Shown: positions 8,583 to 18,525, numbered from the stretch's first letter. The stretch: 64,000 nt of DNA from Candidatus Eiseniibacteriota bacterium (GCA_026388185.1 JAPLKG010000003.1:22871-86870); one strand, 5' to 3'. The notes: generated by a model not told the origin, from the sequence alone. Translations and numbers: made by a program.

Positions 8583-10880
8583 ATGGCACTAGTAACCACG
8601 CATGACCTCGGGAAATCTTTCGGCCTGGTAGATGTTTTCGCCGGTTTGTCTCTGAGTGTCCCTCGCGGGGCGCGCATTGCCGTGGTCGGGCCGAACGGAA
8701 TCGGGAAAACGAGCCTGCTGCGCGTCATCGCAGGGAAGGAACCTCCCTCCGCGGGTACGGTCCACCGCTCTCGGGGCCTCACGATCGGCTACTTGCCACA
8801 GGAATCTGTTTTCGAATCGGCTAACACTCTCTGGGACGAATGCCTGATTCCTCTGGCCCACTTGCTCGCGCAACAGAAGGAGCTGACCCGTCTCGAGGCC
8901 GAGATGGTCGCTGGCGGGAACGATGCCGCTGTCGGGAACGCCGGCGGGGCCGGGGGCATAGCCGAGACTGGGAACGCTGCTGGCGAGACCGCTGGGGCTG
9001 GCGATACTGCCGTAGCTGGAAACACCGGCCGCAGCGTTGAAGACACCCTGGAGCGCTACGGCGCGCTGCAGGCTCGCTTCGAAGAGGCCGGGGGGTACAC
9101 TTACGAGACGCGCATCCGACAGGTGCTCACGGGTCTGGGCTTCTCCCCCGACGAATACGCCCTACCCCTGACGTGCCTTTCGGGCGGACAGCGCACCCGG
9201 GCCCTTCTGGCGCGTTTATTGATAGAGAAGCCGGGTCTATTGATTCTCGACGAGCCGACCAATCATCTCGACGTCTCTGCCGTTGAATGGCTGGAAAGTT
9301 ACATCAGAGACTGGGACGGCGCCGTCCTCATCGTCTCACACGACCGCTATCTCCTCGACAAGGTCTGCAACAACGTCTGGGAAATGAGCAGGGCCGGGGT
9401 CGAGGCCTATCGCGGCAACTATAGCCACTACCTGCGCCAGCGTCAGGAGCGCTGGGATCGGCGTTCGACGGAGTTCGAGGCCGAGAAGGCTCGCCTCGAG
9501 AAAGAAATGGACTACGTCAAGCGGAACATCGCCGCGCAAAACGTAGCTCAAGCCAGGGGGCGTCTCAAACGCATGAGCCGCCAGATTCAGGCCATCGAAC
9601 AGATTGGACTGGACGCCATGCGGGGTAGGAAGTGGCTCAACATAAGTGAGGACGTGCAGACAACTACGGGTGTGATGACTGCGGAGGAGGCAGAACGACG
9701 GATCAAGTCCCTGCGCAATCCAATCCATCGCCCGAAAGAACTCAAGTTCAGACTTGCGGCCGGTCAGCGCGGCGGGAACATCGTACTTCGCACCCGTGAC
9801 CTGGCTGTCGGTTATCCCGGCAATCATCTTTTCACCGTCCCCGACATCGACCTCCAGCGCCTCGGGTGTGTCGCTCTCATCGGTCCCAACGGCTCCGGCA
9901 AGACCACGTTTCTTAAAGTCATCCTCGGCAAGCTTCCCCCTCTCAGCGGTGAGGCGCAAGTCGGGGCCAGTCTTGACGTCGGCTACTTCGCTCAGGCTCA
10001 CGAGGGTCTCAATCTGGACAACACACTTATGCAGGAGATCGAGTCGGTCGCTCCCCGCATGCTGGTTGACGCGATCCGAGGCTACCTTGCCCGCTACCTC
10101 TTCACCGGTGAGGACGTCTTCAAGAAAGTCCAAGTCCTCTCGGGTGGCGAGCGCGGACGCCTGGCGCTCGCGAAGCTTGCCTTGAGCAACGCCAACCTCT
10201 TGCTCCTCGACGAGCCGACCAATCACCTCGACATCCCTTCCCAGGAAGTTCTCCAAAACGTGCTGGTCGACTTCGACGGGACAATCATCCTGGTTTCGCA
10301 CGATCGCTTCCTGATCGACGCTCTGGCGACTCAGGTCTGGGAGATCGATAGAGATCACGCCGTCCTCAAGATTTTCGAGGGAACCTACAGCGAGTATCGC
10401 GCGAGTGGAGGGTCTCCCGGAGTTTCAGGTACGGCGGCGCGCGCGCCGGCAGTGGGCAGTTCTGCGGCGCAAGGCTCGGCGGCGGGTGGTTCTGCGATGC
10501 GCGACTCGATCACGCGCGGTCCTGCCCTCCAAGGTCCGACGTCGCAGGGCCCCGCGGCGCCAAGTTCAGCGGCACCACGCTCGGCGGCGGACGACTCTCA
10601 TTTACAGAAAGGTGACGCTTTCCGCAAGGCTCGCGCTGCCAAGAACCGCGAGATCGCCGAGGAGCGCCGTGCCCTCGCTCGGGAAAGGCGCCGCAAGGCT
10701 CGCATTGCAGAACTCGAAGGCCGCATTGCGATTCTACAAGAAGAAGTTACTCGTCTCGGAGGAAGTCTCGCCGATCCCCCGTCCGACCGGGCCGAGATCC
10801 TACGTTTGGGCGAAGAGTACATGCGCACAGAGAGCGAGATGGAGGCGCTCATCGCCGAGTGGGAGAACTTACAGGGGTGA
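8583..10880 (+). CDS. ABC-F family ATPase (two ABC nucleotide-binding domains, no transmembrane domain; EttA/Uup-like) with Gly/Ala-rich insertions and a coiled-coil tail
   Basis: There are two Walker A motifs (GPNGIGKTS, GPNGSGKTT), two ABC signatures (LSGGQRTRALLARLL, LSGGERGRLALAKL) and two Walker B motifs (LLILDEPTNHLD, LLLLDEPTNHLD). Confidence 0.9.
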   Translation: MALVTTHDLGKSFGLVDVFAGLSLSVPRGARIAVVGPNGIGKTSLLRVIAGKEPPSAGTVHRSRGLTIGYLPQESVFESANTLWDECLIPLAHLLAQQKELTRLEAEMVAGGNDAAVGNAGGAGGIAETGNAAGETAGAGDTAVAGNTGRSVEDTLERYGALQARFEEAGGYTYETRIRQVLTGLGFSPDEYALPLTCLSGGQRTRALLARLLIEKPGLLILDEPTNHLDVSAVEWLESYIRDWDGAVLIVSHDRYLLDKVCNNVWEMSRAGVEAYRGNYSHYLRQRQERWDRRSTEFEAEKARLEKEMDYVKRNIAAQNVAQARGRLKRMSRQIQAIEQIGLDAMRGRKWLNISEDVQTTTGVMTAEEAERRIKSLRNPIHRPKELKFRLAAGQRGGNIVLRTRDLAVGYPGNHLFTVPDIDLQRLGCVALIGPNGSGKTTFLKVILGKLPPLSGEAQVGASLDVGYFAQAHEGLNLDNTLMQEIESVAPRMLVDAIRGYLARYLFTGEDVFKKVQVLSGGERGRLALAKLALSNANLLLLDEPTNHLDIPSQEVLQNVLVDFDGTIILVSHDRFLIDALATQVWEIDRDHAVLKIFEGTYSEYRASGGSPGVSGTAARAPAVGSSAAQGSAAGGSAMRDSITRGPALQGPTSQGPAAPSSAAPRSAADDSHLQKGDAFRKARAAKNREIAEERRALARERRRKARIAELEGRIAILQEEVTRLGGSLADPPSDRAEILRLGEEYMRTESEMEALIAEWENLQG

Positions 10881-10971
10881 GCAGAAGCAGGGTCTGCGCG
10901 CCTTACGTGAGTCCTTGCGCTCTTCGAGAAATGGTAAGAGTCACAAGAGTGAGCAAGAAAGGGGTTAGACC

Positions 10972-12372
10972 ATGCGTATGCCGAACAAGGTGAAGCTGTC
11001 CTGTGCGGCAACGTGCGTAGCAATGATCGTGCTTTCCCTGGCAGTCACGGTTTTGGCTTCGGAGCAGTCGAAATTCGAGGACGCCAAGGAAAAGGGTACG
11101 ATCGAGGCTTACGAGAAATTTCTGAAAAAGTATCCGCAGGGAGAGCTCGCCGAGCAAGCCGTGGGCGAAATCTACAAGCTGGTCAGTAAGGAAGATTCGA
11201 TCGAGCTCTACAGAGATTTCGTCAACAGGTATCCGACCGATTCCTGGTCCGCACAGGCCAAGAGCCGCATCGAATACCTCCAGTCGGCAGAGAGAGAGTA
11301 CGTCAGCGTAGATACGTCCAGCGTTCCTGACTTGGAAGCTTTTGTGTCCAAGTTTCCAACGGGTCCACTTTCCATGACGGTGAGGGAGAAGGTTGAAAAC
11401 GCCAACATGCGCAGGATACGTGAAGGAGAAAAACGCTTCACTATTCCCGAGATACTGCCAGGAAAGGGCGCGGGAAGTTTCCACTTAGCAATAGCGCCGT
11501 CGGAGAACCACCCCGATGTCTTTCTCTACGAGAGCATGTATCCGGGGGACACAGTACCTTTCAGAGTTAGGATGGGTGGTGAGTATCCCTTGAACGGGGT
11601 TGGGATCGGAACAGGCAGCATATTCGCTACGATCGAGAATCTTGATTTCCTGAGCAGCGGTTCGATTGTGCGTTTTCGAGGAAAGATCACGTACAAGGGA
11701 TGTACGTTTAACGGGGACCAGCAGGATCCTCTGTCGTTCGCCCTCCTGGATGGAAAGGGTCTGGTTTATGTCACAGGGAAAGGAAAGGTCACGTTGAAGG
11801 ACGGGCGCGAAGTGACACTGCCCATGCCTCAAGCTGCAACGAACCGGGCTTTACCGTCGGGCCAGAGCAGTCCGAACGGTCATTCTGCGGCGCCGGGGGA
11901 TCAAGGCAGTTCGAGCAGTCGTTCCACGGCGGCCTCAACTCCGGAATGGGTCAAGACGTTGGACCAAGTCATCTCCGAAAACCAGAACCGACCCGTTCGT
12001 GTGTTCATCGAGACGGACAGAGAGGCGTATTGCGCGGGTGACTCGATTCTTGTCGTCGCCGTGGGGGAGAACACATCCGACGAGGTGGTCAATATAGGCG
12101 ATTACTGGAGTGGCAGGGTGGTCAGCGTTTTTCTGAGAAACCGGGACAAGGCGACAACATATACCGTCGTGGACATCACGTTCGATACTGTGACGCCCTC
12201 GATTGTCCAGCTCGACCCTCACAAGGTCGCCCTACTTGGAAGCGTCTCCTTCAATTCGCGATTGGGGAAAGATGAATCGGAGCTAGTTGGGAACTACATG
12301 CTCTACCTGAGGATGGGCAAACTGATATCGTCCCCGTGGGCAATTCGTCTCGTCAAGAGAGACCAACAATAG
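10972..12372 (+). CDS. Secreted hypothetical protein with a signal peptide
   Basis: The N-terminus has a hydrophobic signal sequence (KLSCAATCVAMIVLSLAVTVLASEQ). No catalytic motif was recognised. Codon usage is consistent with the flanking genes. Confidence 0.55.
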   Translation: MRMPNKVKLSCAATCVAMIVLSLAVTVLASEQSKFEDAKEKGTIEAYEKFLKKYPQGELAEQAVGEIYKLVSKEDSIELYRDFVNRYPTDSWSAQAKSRIEYLQSAEREYVSVDTSSVPDLEAFVSKFPTGPLSMTVREKVENANMRRIREGEKRFTIPEILPGKGAGSFHLAIAPSENHPDVFLYESMYPGDTVPFRVRMGGEYPLNGVGIGTGSIFATIENLDFLSSGSIVRFRGKITYKGCTFNGDQQDPLSFALLDGKGLVYVTGKGKVTLKDGREVTLPMPQAATNRALPSGQSSPNGHSAAPGDQGSSSSRSTAASTPEWVKTLDQVISENQNRPVRVFIETDREAYCAGDSILVVAVGENTSDEVVNIGDYWSGRVVSVFLRNRDKATTYTVVDITFDTVTPSIVQLDPHKVALLGSVSFNSRLGKDESELVGNYMLYLRMGKLISSPWAIRLVKRDQQ

Positions 12373-12413
12373 AAACGGGGACGCGCCGGATCGGGGCTGA
12401 AAGCGCAGGGACC

Positions 12414-12839
12414 TCAGTTCGAGGTGCCGGTTCTTTGCGGCTCGGTAACCACTTGCTTCTCGCTTTCCTCCAGTATCCGCTTTACTTCCGCGCGAAGGTG
12501 ATTCAGATCCACGGGCTTCTTGATGAAGGCGGCCACGTCCGACGTGCTTAGCACGGCATCGGTCTCCATTTTCTGGTAGGCCGTGCTGATTATTACCGGA
12601 GTGTTCTTGTCCACGTCCTTCATCCGTTGCAGGACCTCGACCCCGTGCATCCCCGGCATCTTGATGTCGAGAATCACCAAATCGGGTTTCTCGGAAATGA
12701 ACTTTTCACAGGCCTGCCTCCCGTCCTGGGCCAGCACAACCTCATAGCCCGCCTCGGTAAGAACTTCTTCGTAGAGAAGGCGTATCCTCGCCTCGTCGTC
12801 CGCCACAAGTACCTTCTTCATGCTCGTCCTCCTTATCAT
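12414..12839 (-). CDS. Stand-alone response-regulator receiver (CheY-like REC) protein
   Basis: KKVLVADDEARIR...DLVILDIKMPGMHG...VIISTAY contains the phospho-acceptor Asp and conserved Lys. Its start overlaps the histidine kinase stop (12836-12839). Confidence 0.85.
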   Translation of the reverse strand: MIRRTSMKKVLVADDEARIRLLYEEVLTEAGYEVVLAQDGRQACEKFISEKPDLVILDIKMPGMHGVEVLQRMKDVDKNTPVIISTAYQKMETDAVLSTSDVAAFIKKPVDLNHLRAEVKRILEESEKQVVTEPQRTGTSN

Positions 12840-14566
12840 GTCGAAGACACGGTTTCCGTTCTAGTTTCGTGTGCGTTGCGAAAGACCGGCACGGCTACTT
12901 TGAACGTGGCTCCGTATCCGGGTTCGCTCTCGACCTCTATGTTTCCACCATGGTCTTCGATTATTCTGTGACAGACCGGAAGACCAAGACCGGTTCCGTC
13001 CTGCTTTGTCGTGATGAACGGGAGAAAGATCTTGTCGATAATCTCGGGCGCTATTCCCGGTCCGGTGTCCCTCACGGTCGCCTCCACCCAGCCGTCGCGC
13101 GTTCCCGTGGCGACGTAAACGTCTCCGCCCTCCGGCATGGCCTGGATGGCGTTGAGAATCAGATTACCGAACACCTGCTCAAGCTGCCCCTTGCTTCCCT
13201 TCACGAGAGAAAGGTTTGGGTCAAGGTCGAGGTCGATCTTGACCGAAGCTTTCTCGGCCTTTTCAGAGAGCGCGGCCACGGACGACGCAATGACCTCGCT
13301 GATGTCGACCGAATCTGTGAGCTTCGGACCCTCCCTCGAAAACACCAACGTGTCGTTTACTATCCTCTCTATCCTTTGCGATTCTTCTATCACCACCTGC
13401 GCAAAGAGCTTCCGCTTGTCGCCCTCTTCGGTCCTTTCAACTATGAGTTGAGCGAAGCCCCAGATGGAGTTCAATGGATTTCTTATTTCGTGAGCCACGG
13501 AAGCCGCCATCTCACCGAGCAGGGCCATGTGTTCGGATCTCTTGAGCTTTCGCTTCATCTCCTTGCGCTCCGTGAGGTCTTTGAATATTGCGATGGCGCC
13601 GCACGGGTTCTGTTCGGAGTCGTGAAGGACGGCGGTCGAAATGCCGATCGGAACAGTTCTTCCCCCGGGTGTCGTCACGGCTATCTCGTCTTGCGCGCAC
13701 ACCCTTCCCTCTTCCGTGACCTTTGTGAGAAGCGAGTTGAACTCCGTAAGCTCCGGCACCTTGCCGAGCGGTTTCCCGACGACGGAATCCTTGGGAAGAC
13801 CCGTCACGCGCGAGGCTTCCGCGTTGAAAGTTGTTACGATTTGGTGAGATCCTATTACGAGAACGCCGGTGTTGAGACTCTCGAGGACGTTTTCATTGTG
13901 CTGATACTGCTCCCAGAGCTCTTCGCGGGTTCTTTCTTCCGTATCTTGCGCTTTCTCCAGTTCCTTCTGGAGAAGAACATTGGAGCGAGCAGTCTCCTCC
14001 TTTTCCTTTTCTCTCAATCTCGCCTGCGACACGAGGAAGCCAGAAAACACGGCCGTCAGCAGGAAGAAGGGGATCTTGAGCAGGAAGTTCGTGGTCAGGA
14101 ATTGATTCGCGTCCATTTGCCAGGAAGATATTCCGCCGTAGAGAAGTATGACCACAAGCGACGACAACACGCTCGTCCTGATGTCGCTGTTCAGGGCGGC
14201 GAGGAAGATCGTAAGGAGATACAAGAAATATAGGTCGCTCGTCAGGTTACCGGAGGCGTAGATGGCGGCCGTGACAAGGGCGATGTCTACGACCAGCATT
14301 GGTCCTTGCACGACGAGCCTGCCAAAGAACCGCAGGGGCACGAAAGAGAGAGCGACGTTAGTAAGCATGAAGAGGCCGGCGAGCAGAAGGCTCTTGGTGA
14401 GTGACACTGTGCCGTTTTCCGCGGAGAACATGAGCGCGATCACAACCAGGATCAGTAGCCAGCGAAAGATGAGGACCACGCGCTTCTGATCCAGATTCAC
14501 TTCCGCTCCGCGTAGGAACGCCCGCACCCTCATTCCGTTGCTCTTGTCGATTCTCTCGTTTGACAT
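12836..14566 (-). CDS. Membrane sensor histidine kinase (polytopic N-terminus, PAS, HisKA, HATPase_c)
   Basis: About six N-terminal transmembrane segments are followed by the H-box HEIRNPLNSIWGFAQL. The C-terminal ATPase has DTGPGI, GLGLPVCHRIIEDHGG and an N-box. Confidence 0.85.
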   Translation of the reverse strand: MSNERIDKSNGMRVRAFLRGAEVNLDQKRVVLIFRWLLILVVIALMFSAENGTVSLTKSLLLAGLFMLTNVALSFVPLRFFGRLVVQGPMLVVDIALVTAAIYASGNLTSDLYFLYLLTIFLAALNSDIRTSVLSSLVVILLYGGISSWQMDANQFLTTNFLLKIPFFLLTAVFSGFLVSQARLREKEKEETARSNVLLQKELEKAQDTEERTREELWEQYQHNENVLESLNTGVLVIGSHQIVTTFNAEASRVTGLPKDSVVGKPLGKVPELTEFNSLLTKVTEEGRVCAQDEIAVTTPGGRTVPIGISTAVLHDSEQNPCGAIAIFKDLTERKEMKRKLKRSEHMALLGEMAASVAHEIRNPLNSIWGFAQLIVERTEEGDKRKLFAQVVIEESQRIERIVNDTLVFSREGPKLTDSVDISEVIASSVAALSEKAEKASVKIDLDLDPNLSLVKGSKGQLEQVFGNLILNAIQAMPEGGDVYVATGTRDGWVEATVRDTGPGIAPEIIDKIFLPFITTKQDGTGLGLPVCHRIIEDHGGNIEVESEPGYGATFKVAVPVFRNAHETRTETVSST

Positions 14567-14891
14567 AACTTGCCCCGGTAACTGTTTCCTCCGTTAAATG
14601 CTCCCTAGTAGTATTATCGGCATCTACGTGTCCGCGATTGCTCAGAAAGTGAATCCGCCGGGCATCGCCATGCAAACAAACAGGTCCAGCCCCGCTCTCT
14701 TTCCGCGCCCACGGAACGCGTGACGATCAAATAGAAAGGCGGGTCACAAAATGCGGCACGAGTAGTGCTCGAACCCAAGTCTAGAAAGCGCCTCATCCCA
14801 AATCTAAGAGGCACCCCATCCCACCGAAAAACGTTCTGCGCACAACGACTCACTCTGGACATGGATCCACGAAATCCTCGCAGAATTCCGC

Positions 14892-14920
14892 TTGACTTCG
14901 GGTACGCAGTGGATTAATAT
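14892..14920 (+). promoter_or_regulatory. Sigma70-like promoter (TTGACT, 17 nt spacer, TAATAT) for the TetR-efflux operon
   Basis: A -35 TTGACT (14892-14897) and a -10 TAATAT (14915-14920) are separated by exactly 17 nt, upstream of the TetR gene. Confidence 0.5.
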
Positions 14921-14926
14921 GGACCA

Positions 14927-14947
14927 CTCGGTCGATAATCGACCGAG
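14927..14947. promoter_or_regulatory. Perfect 10-bp-arm palindrome CTCGGTCGAT-A-ATCGACCGAG, a putative TetR-family operator
   Basis: It lies immediately downstream of the -10 element, in the classic auto-repression position for TetR-family regulators that control adjacent efflux genes. Confidence 0.5.
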
Positions 14948-15090
14948 CGGTCGAGAACCGGTGGGGAGAGAGCCGACGCACAGGAACGCAGATGGGCTTG
15001 GGCCTAGACCGGCCGCCGATTGCCGGCCAGCGCACGAACCGTCTTATGCTCGGACCGCCACGAATGGTTCAGGGGTTTCGTAACAGGGAC

Positions 15091-15705
15091 ATGAACAACC
15101 TCACCTTACGCGAAAAGGAAAAGCTCAGACGCAGGAAGCAGATACTCGGCGCCGCCAGAAGGGTCTTTGGCAGGAGAGGCTTCCACGAGTCCACCCTCGC
15201 AGAGATCGCAAGGGAAGCCCATCTCGGCAAGGCGACGCTATACTGGTACTTTGCTGACAAGGCCACGCTTCTGAGAGCCGTGTTCGAGGACGCCATTAAC
15301 GAACAGCTTCGTGCCGTTGAGCAAGTCATCCACGACGTGCCCGATTGTCGCTCGCGGCTTGAGGCGATTGCGCTAGGACAATTTGAGCATTTCGTAAAGA
15401 ACCAGTACGTCCTCAGGATCTCCACTTCGGAGACCGGCTTTGCAATGGACCAGATGAAGAGAGAACTCAAGAGTTTTCTCATGAGCAAGTATGGCATTTA
15501 CGTGAGACTGCTTGAGAGTGTCTTTGTTTCCGGCATGAGAAAGAAGGAAATAAGAAATATAGACGCCGAGCAGATGTCTCATCTCTTTATCTCGATGCTG
15601 CATTCTATTGCCTGGACTTGGCACGTGCGCGGAGTGAAACCTCAGCCCGACAAGGACGCCCGCCAGGTATGCGACATGGTCTTCGAGGGGTTGCGAAAGC
15701 GATGA
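15091..15705 (+). CDS. TetR/AcrR family transcriptional repressor
   Basis: The N-terminal HTH reads RRKQILGAARRVFGRRGFHESTLAEIAREAHLGKATLYWYFADKATLL. The ORF track starts at 14992; the internal Met at 15091 gives a typical TetR length. Confidence 0.8.
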   Translation: MNNLTLREKEKLRRRKQILGAARRVFGRRGFHESTLAEIAREAHLGKATLYWYFADKATLLRAVFEDAINEQLRAVEQVIHDVPDCRSRLEAIALGQFEHFVKNQYVLRISTSETGFAMDQMKRELKSFLMSKYGIYVRLLESVFVSGMRKKEIRNIDAEQMSHLFISMLHSIAWTWHVRGVKPQPDKDARQVCDMVFEGLRKR

Positions 15706-15834
15706 CGGAAATTGTTGAGACTTGCCGGGTACGGCGGAAAGGCGTCACGAGAGAGTCCGACTCGCCAAGCACACGGAGTCGCGATTGTTGAGATCCGCCA
15801 GGCACGAGGGAATCTAACTTTAAGAGGAAACGAG

Positions 15835-17280
15835 ATGTTAAGTAGAGCGTTCGCCACGAGAATCTTGACCCGCGAAATATTCTTGCTCGCTGTCTCGGGC
15901 CTGATATGTGTCGCTTTCTGCCCGGTGGGTCTCGCCGCTGATCGCACAGCCGGTGCCCCGTCTACGACTCAGAACACGGCCACGGAGGGCCAGGGGCTTT
16001 CTGCAATCGCTACCACCACGACGCCGGCAACACAGATCGAAGCGCCCAACAAGCTGAGCCTGGATCAGAGCATTGAGATTGCGCTTCGGAACAACAAACA
16101 GCTTCTCGTCCAGAGGCAAGAAGTCGAACGAATGAAGGGACAGGTTACGCAGGCCCGCGCGACGGCGTTTCCCAGCCTTTCGGGAAACGCGAGCTACGTC
16201 AAGAGCCAAGGCAAGATGAATTATGGAGGAAGTGGCGGCTTCACCTTCAACCTGGATGACTCCTATTACGGAGGAAGCCTCTCTCTCGTCCAGCCGATCT
16301 ACACGGCCGGTCGGGTGGGAGGCGCACTCAGGGCCGCCCACGCCGCGAGGAGCTACGCGCAAGAGAATCTCCTCGCCACTACGAAGGACGTCGTCTACGC
16401 GGTGAAGGCGTCTTTCGGCGCGGTCCTGCTCGCCCAGGAAATGGCGACTCTCGCAAAGGAATCGCTGGAATTGGCCGACGCGCATCTTGCGAACGTCGAT
16501 CAGCTTTTCAAGCAGGGTGTGGCGTCTGAATACGAGCTGATCCGCGCGAAGGTGCAGGTTGCGCAGCTTCTGCCGGATCGCATAAAGGCCGAGAATGAGC
16601 TCGACCGTGCGTTGATTGTCTTTAGAAACACGCTCGGTCTTCCGGCCGACGACAAGGTTGCGCCCGAGGGCGAGCTCGAACGGAAAGACGTCGAGATAAC
16701 GACGGCGGATGCTTTCCGACTTGCAAAGGAGAACAGTCACGAACTTGCTGCCGCGAGGTTGCGCGTGAGTGGGATGAAGGCAGCTCTTGACGTTGCGAAA
16801 TCCGATAGATACCCGAGCCTCTCTTTTGTGGGAGCCGCGCTGATGGAAACCAAAGAGCCTCGGTGGAAATCGGAAGACTGGCGGTCCAGGACGTGGACTG
16901 CGTCTCTGGCGCTGTCAATCCCGATGTTTGATGGGCTGAGGACGAAGGGAAAAATAAGCCAGACGAAGGCCGAGTATGAACAGGCCGGCCTCTACGCCGC
17001 CCAGACTGAGGACGCGGTGAGACTCGAGGTTGAACAGTCCGTTTCCCAACTGGCTCAGGCAAGACAACTGATTCAGTCGCAGGTGGCTTCCATAGAGCAG
17101 GCTCAGAAGGGCCTGGACATCGCGAATATTCGCTACAAGAACGGTGTCGGTACGCAACTTGAAGTGCTCGATGCTCAGGTGGCATTGAGCACGGCCAGGA
17201 CGAATTACTTCACGTCCGTATACGAGTATTTCATGGCCGTGGCCGCGTTGGAGCGCGCAACGAGTGTCACGTTCGAATAA
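15835..17280 (+). CDS. Outer-membrane efflux protein of the TolC/OEP family
   Basis: It has a signal peptide and two repeated OEP coiled-coil halves. An RBS AGAGGAAA precedes the ATG at 15835. It sits in the TetR-OEP-MFP-RND operon. Confidence 0.85.
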   Translation: MLSRAFATRILTREIFLLAVSGLICVAFCPVGLAADRTAGAPSTTQNTATEGQGLSAIATTTTPATQIEAPNKLSLDQSIEIALRNNKQLLVQRQEVERMKGQVTQARATAFPSLSGNASYVKSQGKMNYGGSGGFTFNLDDSYYGGSLSLVQPIYTAGRVGGALRAAHAARSYAQENLLATTKDVVYAVKASFGAVLLAQEMATLAKESLELADAHLANVDQLFKQGVASEYELIRAKVQVAQLLPDRIKAENELDRALIVFRNTLGLPADDKVAPEGELERKDVEITTADAFRLAKENSHELAAARLRVSGMKAALDVAKSDRYPSLSFVGAALMETKEPRWKSEDWRSRTWTASLALSIPMFDGLRTKGKISQTKAEYEQAGLYAAQTEDAVRLEVEQSVSQLAQARQLIQSQVASIEQAQKGLDIANIRYKNGVGTQLEVLDAQVALSTARTNYFTSVYEYFMAVAALERATSVTFE

Positions 17281-17444
17281 GACAAGGCGCGCCTTTGCGG
17301 ACCCAAGATATCAACCGCGCGGGCCGCGCGCAGACTGTGCGCGGGCGACGCGCGCCGGCACGCTCAAGCATGTCGGTCTCGCGTGCAGCGCGAGTCAGTC
17401 GCAGAGTGTGAGTCAACCAGGTAGTTGAGGGGGAATTCCTGACA

Positions 17445-18497
17445 ATGAGAAAGAGAGTAATCATCCTCGTGATCATCGCCATCGTCGCCGCGCTCGTCGC
17501 CAATCGCATGTGGCAGCAATCCAGAAGGCCGGCGAGCAAGAGCATCGCGGAACTTCAAGGCGAGAGAGGGACTCCCGTCTCCGTAGAACCCGTCCGTCGA
17601 GGCGAAATCTCTGAGTCCGTCCAGCTCACTGGAACGGTCGAGGGGATCGTGCAGTCTGATTTGGTGAGCAGGATCTCCGAACGCGTGGTGAGTGTGCGAG
17701 TCAGTGTGGGGCAGTACGTAAAGAACGGGCAGCTCCTCATCCAATTCGACACGACCAATCCGACGGCCCAATACCGGCAGGCGAAAGCCGCGTTCGAGGA
17801 TGCCGAGAAGGATTTCGCGAGGATGAAGGCGTTGCTAGAACAGGGCGCCATATCCGAGCAGGCGTTCGAGAAAACCCGGATGGGTCTCGAGGTCGCTAGA
17901 GCCAACTTCGAGGCAGCGAGCTCCGTCGTGGATATCACGGCACCGATCGACGGAGTCGTGACTTCCGTGAACGTTCGCGAAGGCGAAGTGGTTGCGGCCG
18001 GAAAGCTCATGTGCACTGTGGCTCAATTGAACAAGGTGAAGGTCGTGGTCACTGCCAGCGAGTCCGAGATTCTCGGGTTGACGAAGGGTGCCGAGGCCAC
18101 GATAAGCTCGTCGGAGGGACGGTCCGTCACCGGTTCCGTTTCCAGTATTTCCTCCTCGGCCGATCCGATTACGAGAACGTTCCGGGTCGAGATTACTGCC
18201 GGCAACGATTCTCGGACACTGAAGCCCGGCTCGTTTGCGACGGTGGTGGTCAGAACCGGACACAAGAAAGACGCCCTGCTCGTTCCTTCCGGCGCCGTTC
18301 TAGACCAGCAGGGAAAACGCGTGGTCTTTGTCGTGACCAAGAACAATACGGCTCAACTTCGACCCGTGACCGTTGGGATTGTGAATCAGGAGTCGATCGA
18401 GATACTGAGTGGTCTGACGCAAGACGAAGTGGTCGTCACCTCGGGCCACGAACGCTTGAAGGGTGGAGAGAAACTCAACGTACTCAAGACTCAATGA
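17445..18497 (+). CDS. Efflux periplasmic adaptor subunit (membrane fusion protein, HlyD/AcrA family)
   Basis: An N-terminal transmembrane anchor is followed by coiled-coil, lipoyl and beta-barrel regions (DITAPIDGVVTSVNVREGEVV). Confidence 0.85.
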   Translation: MRKRVIILVIIAIVAALVANRMWQQSRRPASKSIAELQGERGTPVSVEPVRRGEISESVQLTGTVEGIVQSDLVSRISERVVSVRVSVGQYVKNGQLLIQFDTTNPTAQYRQAKAAFEDAEKDFARMKALLEQGAISEQAFEKTRMGLEVARANFEAASSVVDITAPIDGVVTSVNVREGEVVAAGKLMCTVAQLNKVKVVVTASESEILGLTKGAEATISSSEGRSVTGSVSSISSSADPITRTFRVEITAGNDSRTLKPGSFATVVVRTGHKKDALLVPSGAVLDQQGKRVVFVVTKNNTAQLRPVTVGIVNQESIEILSGLTQDEVVVTSGHERLKGGEKLNVLKTQ

Positions 18498-18525
18498 CAT
18501 CCGAAGCTTTGGGGGATAACGACTC

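Noticed and set aside
8222-8873. Minus-strand ORFs of 186 and 94 aa overlapping the start of the ABC-F gene
   Set aside because: They are antisense to the well-supported ABC-F N-terminus and have a Pro/Arg/Gly-rich composition.
9336-10358. 340-aa minus-strand ORF
   Set aside because: It is antisense to the ABC-F gene, whose Walker and signature motifs are unambiguous. Long antisense ORFs like this are expected in GC-rich DNA.
10405-10968. 187-aa Arg-rich ORF (RRRARRQWAVLRRKARRR...)
   Set aside because: It is an alternative frame of the ABC-F low-complexity tail, generated by GC-rich repeats. It is not an independent gene.
12869-14233. 454-aa plus-strand ORF
   Set aside because: It is antisense to the histidine kinase gene, which has clear H-box and ATPase motifs. 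It has no domain signature.
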